Assembly (NCBI GenBank): GCA_963814585.1
Contig: CAWFDF010000008.1
Span: 160,001-224,000 of the forward strand
Direction: 5' to 3'
Source of the DNA: an uncultured delta proteobacterium
Lineage (GTDB): Bacteria > Myxococcota > Myxococcia > Myxococcales > Anaeromyxobacteraceae
Length of the DNA: 64,000 bases
A model generated the notes under the pieces. That model was given only the letters and a program-made list of their open reading frames with translations, was not told the origin of the DNA and searched no databases. Below, piece by piece: positions 33,346 to 42,190 of this stretch (positions are counted from its first letter, which is position 1; each line of letters starts with the position of its first letter). The translations under genes and the position numbers were made by a program.

Positions 33346-34004
33346 CTGAAGAGCGACCGCCGCTGCAGGGCGTAGACGAGGGCCAGCACCGCGAAGGAGA
33401 TGGCCAGCAGCAGGCCCGCGGTCCGGTGCGCGGCGCCATACTCCAGCGCCTCGACGTGGTCGAAGATGGCGACCGACAGCGTCCGGGTCCGTCCCGGGAT
33501 GTTGCCGCCCACCATCAACACCACGCCGAACTCGCCCAGCGTGTGGGCGAAGGTGAGGACCGCGCCGGCCAGCACGCCCGGCCAGGCCAGCGGGAGCGTC
33601 ACCCTGAAGAAGGTGGAGAGCCGCGAGACGCCGAGCGTGTGCGAGGCCTCGACGAAGCGGCGCTCGACGCCCGCCAGCGCCCCGGCGAACGGCTGCACGG
33701 CGAAGGGCAGGCTGTAGAGCAGCGAGGCCACCAGCAGCCCGGCGAAGGAGAACGGGAACGGGTGGCCGGCCACCGCCTCGAAGAGCTGGCCGGCCGGGCT
33801 GCGGGGCCCGAGCCCGACCAGCAGGTAGAAGCCCAGCACCGTGGGCGGCAGGATCAGCGGGAGCGCCACCACCGCCTCGACCAGGAACTTGGCCCGCCAT
33901 CGGCTCACCACCAGCCACCAGGCCAGCGGCAGGCCGAGCACCAGCAGGATGACCGTGGTGAGCGCGGCCAGCTCGACCGAGAGGATGAGGGCGGTGACGT
34001 CCAT
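33330..34004 (-). CDS. modB: molybdate ABC transporter permease
   Basis: LPLILPPTVLGFYLL, FAHTLGEFGVVLMVGGNIPG. Confidence 0.93.
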   Translation of the reverse strand: MDVTALILSVELAALTTVILLVLGLPLAWWLVVSRWRAKFLVEAVVALPLILPPTVLGFYLLVGLGPRSPAGQLFEAVAGHPFPFSFAGLLVASLLYSLPFAVQPFAGALAGVERRFVEASHTLGVSRLSTFFRVTLPLAWPGVLAGAVLTFAHTLGEFGVVLMVGGNIPGRTRTLSVAIFDHVEALEYGAAHRTAGLLLAISFAVLALVYALQRRSLFRWNER

Positions 34005-34092
34005 GGGGCGGGGTCATAGTGCCCCGACCCAGGCCAGATGCCTACTGCGGGAGGATCGGCTCTCGTCACTTCATCGTGCCTGGGCCCGGGCG

Positions 34093-34857
34093 CTACGGCA
34101 GGCCGTACCCGCCACGGGAGAGGATGGCCCGCCCCTTCTCGCCGGTGAGGAAGCGGAGGAAGTCGCGGGCCAGGGCCGGCTCCCGGGCGCCGGCCAGCAC
34201 CACGCCGGATTGCCCGATCCTCGGGTAGAGCTCCGCGGCGACCTCGACCGTCCGGCCCGCGGCCAGCTCCTTCCCGGAGGTGAGAGAGAGCGGCAGGAAG
34301 GCCACGTCGGCGGCGCCGGTGGTGGCGAACTGGGCCGCCTGCCCGACGCTGGTGCCGAGCACCAGCTTCTGCTTCACCGCGTCGTGGACTCCGGCCGCCT
34401 TGAGGGCCGCCTCGGCGGCACGACCGAAGGGAGCGACCGCGGGGTTGGCGATGGCGATGCGCCTCACGCCGGCGTCGGCCAGCGCCGCCAGCCCGCGCCC
34501 CTCCAGGTCCAGCGTCGAGCCCGGCGGCAGCCAGGCCACCAGCCTGCCGTAGGCGTAGGTCCGCTCGTCGGCCGCGGCGGCCAGCCCGGCCGACACCAGC
34601 CTGGCCGGGTAGTCGCGGTCGGCGGAGAGGAAGAGATCGAAGGGGGCGCCGTTCTGGATCTGGGCGAAGAGCGCACCAGAGGCCCCGAACGTCAGCGTCA
34701 GCTCGACGCCCGGCCGCGCCGCCTCGAAGGCCTGCTTCAGCTCCACGGCCGCCTCCTTGAGGTTGGCCGCGGCGGCGATGGCGACGGTGTGGTGCTTCGG
34801 CGAGGGCCCCGGGGCGGACAGGAGGAGCGCGAGCGCGAGCGGGGCGATGCCAGCCAT
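34093..34857 (-). CDS. modA: molybdate ABC transporter substrate-binding protein
   Basis: AAAANL, FGASG, QIQNGAPFDLFLSAD, IANPAVAPFG. Confidence 0.93.
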   Translation of the reverse strand: MAGIAPLALALLLSAPGPSPKHHTVAIAAAANLKEAAVELKQAFEAARPGVELTLTFGASGALFAQIQNGAPFDLFLSADRDYPARLVSAGLAAAADERTYAYGRLVAWLPPGSTLDLEGRGLAALADAGVRRIAIANPAVAPFGRAAEAALKAAGVHDAVKQKLVLGTSVGQAAQFATTGAADVAFLPLSLTSGKELAAGRTVEVAAELYPRIGQSGVVLAGAREPALARDFLRFLTGEKGRAILSRGGYGLP

Positions 34858-34992
34858 GTCCTCTCCAGGGAGCCACGTGGATCCGAGGCCGTCGATGCTC
34901 GCATGCTGCAGGGCACCGGCCGGGACCGGAAGGAGCGCGGCCCGCCGAGGGACTCCAGCGGGCCGCGGGACTGCTCGACGATGCTGCCTGTC

Positions 34993-35069
34993 TGGTGGTG
35001 AGGGGGAGAATCGAACTCCCGACCTGGGGATTATGAGACCCCCGCTCTAGCCGACTGAGCTACCTCACC
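34993..35069 (-). tRNA. tRNA-Met(CAT), elongator type, CCA encoded
   Basis: Minus strand GGTGAGGTAGCTCAG...GGGGT-CTCATAA-TCCCC...GTTCGATTC...CCTCACCACCA; paired G1-C72 excludes initiator; Ile2 not fully excluded. Confidence 0.9.
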
Positions 35070-35107
35070 GAAGTGGCCCCACGCCCGAAGAGCCGCAAGG
35101 ACGCGGG

Positions 35108-35136
35108 GTTATAGGGCCCCGCGCCGGAGCCGTCAA
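35108..35136 (-). promoter_or_regulatory. sigma70 promoter of tRNA-Met
   Basis: Minus strand TTGACG-N17-TATAAC. Confidence 0.65.
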
Positions 35137-36227
35137 GCGCCGGCCGGCGGCACCCCGGCTCCCTTCGCGGCGCCAGGTCCCTCCGCCGCGAGCGCCTCGG
35201 CCTCCTCCTCGTCCAGCGCCTCGGCGGTCCCCTCGGGCGACCGGAAGATGCGCGCCATCTGGATGTGGGGCGAGAAGATGAAGATCGCGCCGAGCAGGAG
35301 CTGGAAGCCGACCTGCGAGGCCCACAGCACGTTGGCCCAGGCCACGCCGCGCGTGTGGGCGACCTCCTCCGGGACGAAGAGCGAAAGCCCGAAGGCGGCC
35401 GCCAGCTGGAACGTCCCCACCATCCCGGGCCCGGCCGGGATCATGATCCCGGCCACCAGGACGCCGAGGATGGTGAAGGCGTCGACGAGCTGGAGGTCGA
35501 GGGCGAAGGCGCGCGCCATCAGCTGCATGCCCCAGCCGTTGACGCCCCAGTAGGCGGCGGTGAGGGCGATGAAGAGCGCCATCTTCCGCTTGCTCGGGAC
35601 CAGGCGCAGGCCGCGGATGAAGGCGTCGAGCATCCCGGCGGCGTGCTCGGCCAGGCGGGGTGAGAAGGGCCTGAGGAGCCGGATCACGATCCGGACCGCC
35701 AGCTCCCGGTTCAGGTAGGCCACCACCAGGAAGGCCAGCAGGCCGCCGAAGAGCGCCGCCATCACGAAGCCCGCCTTGCGGATCTCGGCGAGGTGCGGCG
35801 TCCCCTCCGGCACGGCGAAGAGCGTCACCAGCAGGAGCAGCGCCGTGAAGACGCCATCGGCCACCCGCTCCACCACCACGCTGGAGAGCGCCGCCGAGAC
35901 CCGCAGCCGCGGCCGGTCGCTGATGAGGTACGGGCGGGCGAACTCGCCGAGCCGGAACGGCAGGATCATCAGCGCCGTGAACCCGACCGCCGAGACCGCG
36001 TTGAGGCGTCCGAACGGGACCTTGGCGACCGGCTCGAGCAGGATCCCCCAGCGGACCGTGCGCAGCAGGTGGATGAGGCCCAGCGAGGCCAGGTAGACCG
36101 GCAGGTACCGGTAGTCGCCGGCCCGCACCGCCAGCCAGATGGCGCCGAGATCCTTCCCCCGGAAGGTCAGGTAGATGGCCAGGGCCGAGATGCCCACGCC
36201 GATCACCGACTGGAGGACGCGCTTCAC
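35133..36227 (-). CDS. lysylphosphatidylglycerol synthase TM / flippase-like (UPF0104) membrane protein
   Basis: RTVRW, ILPFRLGEFARPYL, SVVVERVAD, IPAGPGMVG; multiple TMs. Confidence 0.85.
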   Translation of the reverse strand: MKRVLQSVIGVGISALAIYLTFRGKDLGAIWLAVRAGDYRYLPVYLASLGLIHLLRTVRWGILLEPVAKVPFGRLNAVSAVGFTALMILPFRLGEFARPYLISDRPRLRVSAALSSVVVERVADGVFTALLLLVTLFAVPEGTPHLAEIRKAGFVMAALFGGLLAFLVVAYLNRELAVRIVIRLLRPFSPRLAEHAAGMLDAFIRGLRLVPSKRKMALFIALTAAYWGVNGWGMQLMARAFALDLQLVDAFTILGVLVAGIMIPAGPGMVGTFQLAAAFGLSLFVPEEVAHTRGVAWANVLWASQVGFQLLLGAIFIFSPHIQMARIFRSPEGTAEALDEEEAEALAAEGPGAAKGAGVPPAGA

Positions 36228-36949
36228 CCGAGCTCCTCCCCGGCCAGGATGCGGCGCGGGTTGGAGGAGAAGAGCCGCTCGAGCGTCTCCACGCCGCCGC
36301 GCTGCACGAGCTGGTCCATCGCCTCGGGCACCCACTCGTCGGCGCCGTCCGGCCGGTGCAGGTCGGTGGCGGCCACCGCGTAGAGCCCCTCTTCGAGGAA
36401 CTGCTCGGCCAGCTTGCGCGCCGTCGCGCCGTAGAGCCCCACCAGGGCGCCGACGTTGAGCTGCAGCCCGCCACCCAGCCGCACCACCTCGGCCGCCCGG
36501 CCCGGCCGCTCGAACTCCTGGCAGCGCTCCGGGTGGGCGACGAGCGGGAGCACGTCGCGCCGTCTGAGCCGGAAGATCAGCTCGGGCAGGGTCGGCACCG
36601 CGCCCCGGAACGGGAGCTCCACCAGCACCCAGCGCTGGCTCTCGCCGATGCCCCTCCGGTCCGGCACGTCGAGCCGCTCCAGGAAGCGGTCGTCCAGCTT
36701 GTTCTCGGCGTTCTGGTGGAGGCGGAGCGGGATCTGCTCGGCGTCCAGCAGCGTGGCCAGCTCGGCCCGGCGCGCGGTGCAGGAGGCCGCGTCGCGGGAC
36801 GGCACCTCCAGGTTGGCGTGGGGGCTCGGGGCGGCGTCGCTGAAGCCCAGCGAGGCCAGCAGCCTGGAGGCGGCGACCGCCTCCTCGGCCGTCTCGACGC
36901 CGTCGTCGAGCGCCCAGAGGAGGTGGCAGTGGAGATCGACGAAGCCCAT
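36224..36949 (-). CDS. PHP-family protein-tyrosine phosphatase (CpsB/YwqE-like)
   Basis: VDLHCHLLWALDDG, SPH, LVELP, AHPER, LQLN, ATDLH. Confidence 0.85.
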   Translation of the reverse strand: MGFVDLHCHLLWALDDGVETAEEAVAASRLLASLGFSDAAPSPHANLEVPSRDAASCTARRAELATLLDAEQIPLRLHQNAENKLDDRFLERLDVPDRRGIGESQRWVLVELPFRGAVPTLPELIFRLRRRDVLPLVAHPERCQEFERPGRAAEVVRLGGGLQLNVGALVGLYGATARKLAEQFLEEGLYAVAATDLHRPDGADEWVPEAMDQLVQRGGVETLERLFSSNPRRILAGEELG

Positions 36950-36988
36950 CGCGGCGGGCTCATACCACAACGGGGCCGGGCCGCCGAC

Positions 36989-37186
36989 TCAGGACTTCTC
37001 CGGCTCTCCTTCCCCGCCGCCCGGGTCGGCCCCACCGTCGCCGGCCGGCTCGCCCGGGACCCGGTACTGGCCGTCGAACCACTTCCCGAGGTCGATCAGG
37101 CGGCACCGCTCCGAGCAGAACGGGAAGGCGCGGTTCACGCCCCGCTGGCCGACCGGCTGGTGGCAGACCGGGCAGCGGCGCGTCAC
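36989..37186 (-). CDS. yacG: DNA gyrase inhibitor YacG
   Basis: CPVC...FPFCSERCRLIDLGKW...YRVPG. Confidence 0.9.
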   Translation of the reverse strand: MTRRCPVCHQPVGQRGVNRAFPFCSERCRLIDLGKWFDGQYRVPGEPAGDGGADPGGGEGEPEKS

Positions 37187-37704
37187 GGGCTTCCCTCCCG
37201 GCAGCCCGGGGCCAGCAGCGGGGCCGAGGCCTCCTCGAGCCGGCGCCGGTCCAGCGCCCCCTCGAAGACCCGCGCCACCCGCCCCTCGCGGTCGAGCAGG
37301 AAGGTGCGCGGGTAGGCGGTCACGCCCCAGGCGGCCGCCACCTCGGCGCGGACGTCCAGGACCACCGGGTATGGCAGGGTCCTCGCCACCGCGGCCACGT
37401 CGTCACGGGCCGACTCCTCCGCCACCCCCAGCACCTCGAGGCAGCGCCCGCCGTCCACCTGGCGGGCGGCCGAGAGCTCGGGGAGCTCGGCCAGGCACGG
37501 CGAGCACCAGGTGGCCCAGAAGTTCACCGCCACCACCCGGCCCCGCAGCGCGGCCAGGTCCACCTCGGCGCCGTCGGTCGACCTGAGCGTGAACGGAGCC
37601 GGCGTCGCGCCGGCCGCCACCAGGCGCTCCGAGCGCTGCACCAGGAGCTGGCCGACCACCACCGCCGCCACGCCCGCCAGCGCCAGCTTGAGCCAGGCCT
37701 TCAA
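37183..37704 (-). CDS. TlpA/ResA-family thiol-disulfide oxidoreductase
   Basis: N-terminal TM, VNFWATWCSPC, YPRTFLLDREG. Confidence 0.9.
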   Translation of the reverse strand: MKAWLKLALAGVAAVVVGQLLVQRSERLVAAGATPAPFTLRSTDGAEVDLAALRGRVVAVNFWATWCSPCLAELPELSAARQVDGGRCLEVLGVAEESARDDVAAVARTLPYPVVLDVRAEVAAAWGVTAYPRTFLLDREGRVARVFEGALDRRRLEEASAPLLAPGCREGSP

Positions 37705-37711
37705 CGCCGCC

Positions 37712-39465
37712 TCAGTTGACCGCCGGGGAGACCATCGAGCCGGCGCCCATGCCCATGAGCGTCTTCAGGTCGTCGTCCGTGAAGAAGATCCCGCCACCGA
37801 AGAAGACGTCGGTTCCGAGGGTGAACTTCGGACCGCCCGGATACCGGCCCGACCGCCATTGGTTGAGGAAGTCGTCCGAGCCGGCGGTGACGTAGAAGTG
37901 CTGCAGGAAGTTGTAGTTGAGCCAGAACTTGGCGCGCGGGAAGACGCCCTGGAATGGCCGGCTGAACTGGTAGATCGAGACCGACACCTGCAGCCGGTCG
38001 TCGAAGAGGTGGAGATCCGAGCCCACGCCGCCCGAGCTCTCGATGACCCCCGCGCGGAAGGCGACCGGGCCGTAGCGCTTGGCGAACTGCAGCGTGAAGG
38101 TGAGCTTCTGCTCGTGGACCGTGCTGGTGGTGATGGAGGTGACGTCCGGCAGCGTGGGCTGGGACGGATCGCGCGTGGTGGAGGTGGTGGTGGTCACGGT
38201 GTCCACGCCGCGCGGGTCCGAGACCAGCTCGAAGATGAAGTACTTGTCCGGTCGCGGCAGCAGGCGGACGCCGAAGTAGGTCTTGGCCGCGGTCTGGTTG
38301 AGGAGCCACTCCGAGCGGAGCCGGACCTCGACCTGCAGGCGGTACAGGTTGTCGACGTAGTTGGCGTAGGTCTCGATGGCGTCGCCGACCTTGTTGCCGA
38401 GCCGCTCGTCGTTGAGCAGCTTGCCGGCGATGCTGTCGCCCTGCTGCAGCTTGGCCAGGAGCTCGTCGAGCCGGTTCAGGCTGACGTTGGCCTTCTCGAT
38501 GGCCTGCTTGACGCCCCGCGCCTCGGTGCTGGCCGTGGCGCCCGCCCCCGTCCCAGCGGCGCCGGCCGTGGCCGGGGGGATCCCGCCGGTCCCGCCGGCG
38601 TGGCCGGTCCGGCCGGACTGCCTCCTCCAGCCGGCCGCGGCGCCACCCCGCCCGCCACCGCGCCGGCACCAGGCCCCGTCACCGCGCCGCTGGAGCCGCC
38701 GTCGGAGCCCGTGGTCCCTCCGTCCATGATGGACTGCGTGCTGGCCAGCAGCTGCCGCAGCTGCCGCGACACCACCTCGGTGTTCCGGACGATCTCGCGG
38801 ATGTGCTCCTTCTCCGAGCCGGTCAGCTCCCGCACGTCGCCGGAGATGGCCTCGGCGTTGGAGATCAGGCTGGTGAGCTTCCCCTGGTTCGCGGCGACCG
38901 TCTCGTCGAGCCGTCGCGTCAACCTGACGATGTTCTCGATGATCTCGCGCATCGAGCCGCGCTCGGCGCCCACCATCTTGGTGAGGTCGGCGCTCACCAC
39001 CTGCACGTCGGCGGCGATCTTGGACAGGGTCTCGATGAGCTTCTGGGTGCTGCCGGCCTCGCGGACGCAGGTCACCTCGCGCTGCTCCCTGGGGAGCCGC
39101 GAGAGCACCGGGGCGGCCTCGCTGCCGAGCGAGACCTCCAGCAGGGCGTCGGGGAGCAGCGCCGAAGGGAAGACCTTGGAGAGGCAGGCGTCGGCCCGGA
39201 GCTCGACCTCGTTCTTGATGCGCAGGTCGAGCCGGGCCCGGTGTCCCACCAGCGAGATCTTCTCGACCTCGCCGATCTGGATGCCGGCGATCTGCACCCG
39301 GCTCTTCCAGGTGAGCCCGGTGGCGTCCGTGAACAGGGCGTGGACCACGTAGCTGTCCTTCTCCGAGTAGCCACCCGTCCTGATGAAGGTGAACACCAGC
39401 AGGAAGGCGGCCCCGGTCACCGCCACCAGCGCGCCCACCGAGAGGGCCTTGTTGAGGTGCGGCAT
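37712..39465 (-). CDS. mlaD: MlaD/MCE family protein, frameshifted in a Gly/Pro/Ala linker (~38520-38720)
   Basis: FTDATGL...SRVQIAGIQIGEV MCE motif, coiled coil, then a beta-strand-rich C-terminal region in another frame; span 1754 nt is not a multiple of 3. Confidence 0.8.
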
Positions 39466-39481
39466 CTTCACGGGCGGGAGC

Positions 39482-40222
39482 TCACTGCTTCTGGAACCAG
39501 GTGGAGAGGTAGCGCTGCACGTAGGGATCCTGGCTCGCCTTGACCTCGGCGGGCGTCCCCTCGGCAGCCAGGTTCCCATCGTAGAGCACCGCCAGGCGGT
39601 CGGCCACCTTGAATGCCGAGGCCACGTCGTGGCTGATCACCATCGAGGTGATGCCCAGCCTCTGCTTGGCGGCCAGGATCATCCCGTCCACGTAGTCGGT
39701 GGTGATGGGGTCGAGGCCGGTGGTCGGCTCGTCGTAGAGCACGATCTTCGGGTCGGAGACCAGCGCCCGGGCCAGCGCCACCCGCTTGCGCATGCCGCCC
39801 GAGAGCTCGGCGGGGTACCGCGCCAGGACCTCCTCGCCCAGGTCGACCACCTTGAGCTTGGCGAGGACCTTCTCCCGCACCTCCTCCGGCGGAGGGGCGT
39901 GGCCGCGCTCGCGCAGCGGGAAGGCCACGTTCTCGTACACGGTCATCGAGTCGAAGAGCGCCGCCCACTGGAAGACCATGCCGAAGACGCCGCGCGCCTC
40001 GGTGAGCGCCTTCCCGGTGAGGCTGGAGATCTCGACCCCGTCGACGTGGACCGTGCCCCGGTCCGGCTTGAGGAGCCCGATGACGTGCTTCATCAGCACC
40101 GTCTTGCCCGAGCCCGAGCCGCCCAGCACCACGTAGACCTCGCCGCGCTCGATGGTGAGGCTGATCCCCTTGAGGACCTGGTTCTCCCCGAACGCCTTCC
40201 AGAGGTCGCGCACTTCGATCAA
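39482..40222 (-). CDS. mlaF: MlaF-type ABC ATP-binding protein
   Basis: GGSGSGKT, ALFDSMTVYENVAFPL, LSGGMRKRVALARA, YDEPTTGLDP. Confidence 0.9.
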   Translation of the reverse strand: MIEVRDLWKAFGENQVLKGISLTIERGEVYVVLGGSGSGKTVLMKHVIGLLKPDRGTVHVDGVEISSLTGKALTEARGVFGMVFQWAALFDSMTVYENVAFPLRERGHAPPPEEVREKVLAKLKVVDLGEEVLARYPAELSGGMRKRVALARALVSDPKIVLYDEPTTGLDPITTDYVDGMILAAKQRLGITSMVISHDVASAFKVADRLAVLYDGNLAAEGTPAEVKASQDPYVQRYLSTWFQKQ

Positions 40223-40225
40223 GGC

Positions 40226-40990
40226 TCAGGTCCCCACCGAGAACAGGGTCATGGCGTAGTCGACCACCAGGATGCCGATCGAGCTGGTGACCACCGCCCG
40301 GGTGGTCCCCTCGCCCACGCCGCGCGAGCCGCCGGAGGCCGAGTAGCCTCGCCAGGTGGTGACCACCGACACCAGCAGCCCGAAGAGGAGCGCCTTGCCC
40401 AGCCCGTGGAACACGTCCTCGGGCAGGACGATGGTCCGGGTGTGCTCGATGAAGGGGCCGGCCGGGATCCGGGACACGAAGACCCCCATCAGGTAGGCCC
40501 CGGCGTAGCCGAGCGCGTTGAAGAGCATGGTCAGCACGGGGAACATCAGGACCGACGCGACCACCCTGGGGACCACCAGGTACTGGATGGGGTTGACCGC
40601 CATGGAGTCCATGGCATCCATCTGCTCGGTGACCCGCATGGTCCCCAGCTCGGTGGCGATGGCGCTCCCGGCCCGCCCGGTCACCATGAGCGCGGTGAGC
40701 ACCGGCGACAGCTCGCGGGCCAGCGCCAGCGCCGTGGTGCCACCCACGTACCCCTCGGCGGCGAACTGCCGCATGCCGTAGTTCGTCTGCAACGCGAACA
40801 CCATGCCGGTGAAGGTCCCGGTCACGCCGACGATGAAGACCGATCCGACCCCGATGAAGGCCATCTGGGTCAGGATCAGCCACGGCCGGAACGGCGGGCG
40901 AAAGGCCCAGGCGATGGTCTCAAAGGCGAAGAAGATCATGCCCCCGAAGTCCTCGAGGGCGGCCGTGAGCCGTCTCATGGGCCCGATCAT
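40226..40990 (-). CDS. mlaE: MlaE-type ABC permease
   Basis: RELSPVLTALMVTGRAGSAIATELGTMRVTEQMDA. Confidence 0.93.
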   Translation of the reverse strand: MIGPMRRLTAALEDFGGMIFFAFETIAWAFRPPFRPWLILTQMAFIGVGSVFIVGVTGTFTGMVFALQTNYGMRQFAAEGYVGGTTALALARELSPVLTALMVTGRAGSAIATELGTMRVTEQMDAMDSMAVNPIQYLVVPRVVASVLMFPVLTMLFNALGYAGAYLMGVFVSRIPAGPFIEHTRTIVLPEDVFHGLGKALLFGLLVSVVTTWRGYSASGGSRGVGEGTTRAVVTSSIGILVVDYAMTLFSVGT

Positions 40991-41070
40991 GGCATGCTTC
41001 CCCGGGGTGGTCGCCTTTCCCTCCTTGTGGCCTATCCGGGTACGGCCGTTCCTGTATGCTGCGCGTCCCT

Positions 41071-41481
41071 ATGATCAAGGTCGGCGGCGAAGTGGATGCG
41101 CTCTGCAGCAAGTGCGAGCTGACGCTGGCACACACGGTGATCGCCATGGTGGGCGACAAGCCGGCGAAGGTGAAGTGCAACACCTGCAAGGGGGAGCACA
41201 AGTACCGACCCCCGGCCGGGGCGGCTTCCCCGACCACCTCGGTGGCGAAGCGGAAGGCGGCCCGCCCGCCCCGGGAGAAGAAGGCGGTGGTCACCTTCGA
41301 GGAGCTGCTGGCCTCGCACAAGCGGCCGCCCGTCCCCTACTCGGTGAGGCGTCGCTTCGTGGTCGACGACGTCGTCGATCACCCGACCTTCGGCGTCGGG
41401 TTCGTCCACGCCGTCCGCATCGACAAGATCGACGTGACCTTCCGCGCCGAGCCACGGGTCCTGATCCACGGTCGGGCCTGA
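41071..41481 (+). CDS. hypothetical protein: Zn-ribbon plus SH3/Tudor-like C-terminus
   Basis: CSKC...H...CNTC..EH, basic linker, VVDHPTFGVGFV..V...KIDVTF. Confidence 0.7.
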   Translation: MIKVGGEVDALCSKCELTLAHTVIAMVGDKPAKVKCNTCKGEHKYRPPAGAASPTTSVAKRKAARPPREKKAVVTFEELLASHKRPPVPYSVRRRFVVDDVVDHPTFGVGFVHAVRIDKIDVTFRAEPRVLIHGRA

Positions 41482-41494
41482 GGCCGCGCCGTCC

Positions 41495-42190
41495 TCATCC
41501 GCGCAGCGCGGCCAGCGCCGCGGCCAGGTCCAGGGGACAGGGCGCCTCGAGGGTGAGAACCTGGCCCGCCGGGTGGCGGATCACCAGCGCCGCCGCGTGG
41601 AGCGGCGTCCGCTCCAGCAGCACCGTGCCGTCCGGCCCCCGCAGCGGCCCCGCCTCGCCGTAGGCGGGATCGATGGCGAGCGGGAAGCCGGCCGCCAGCA
41701 GGTGGACCCTGATCTGGTGGGTGCGTCCCGTCTCCGGCAGCGCCTCGAGCAGGGCCAGCGGGCCGGGTCCGCCGGCGGGCTCGAGCCGCTCCAGCACGCG
41801 GAAGGTGGTTCGCGCCGGCTTGCCGCGCCGGTCCCCGTGCGGGACCGGCTTCATCCTCCCCTTCCGTGCCGGCGCGATCCCGGCCTGGCACCGGAACTGG
41901 TCCGGGGGCCGGCCGGACACCAGCGCCAGGTAGGCCTTGCGAGGCTCGCCCCGCTCGAACTGCCCATTGAGGTCGCGGTGGGCCTCGGCGGTTCGAGCGA
42001 AGAGCAGGACGCCGCTGGTGCCACGATCGAGCCGGTGGACCACCCAGAGCGGGCCGTGACTCCTCGTGAGCTGATCGCGCAGCGAGACCTCTCCCGCCGT
42101 CCGGCCAGGGATGACCAGCCGGCCCGCCGGCTTGTCGATGGCCAGCAGGACATCGTCCTCGTGGAGGATGGCCGGCGGGTCCGCGGTCAC
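41495..42190 (-). CDS. RluA-family pseudouridine synthase
   Basis: IDKPAG, VHRLDRGTSG, TGRTHQIRVH. Confidence 0.92.
   Translation of the reverse strand: MTADPPAILHEDDVLLAIDKPAGRLVIPGRTAGEVSLRDQLTRSHGPLWVVHRLDRGTSGVLLFARTAEAHRDLNGQFERGEPRKAYLALVSGRPPDQFRCQAGIAPARKGRMKPVPHGDRRGKPARTTFRVLERLEPAGGPGPLALLEALPETGRTHQIRVHLLAAGFPLAIDPAYGEAGPLRGPDGTVLLERTPLHAAALVIRHPAGQVLTLEAPCPLDLAAALAALRG

Noticed and set aside
34860..34992. Possible Moco/Wco riboswitch or ModE box upstream of modA
   Set aside because: Only a GC-rich hairpin (GCGGCCCGC/GCGGGCCGC) is visible, better explained as a tRNA-Met downstream stem; no riboswitch consensus recognisable without an Infernal search.
34993..35069. Initiator tRNA-fMet assignment
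   Set aside because: G1-C72 is paired and position 31-39 is T/T rather than the third G-C pair of the initiator anticodon stem.
37183..37704. Selenoprotein candidates near selC (TlpA, TusA, DsrE)
   Set aside because: Active-site positions use Cys codons; no in-frame TGA read-through candidate found.
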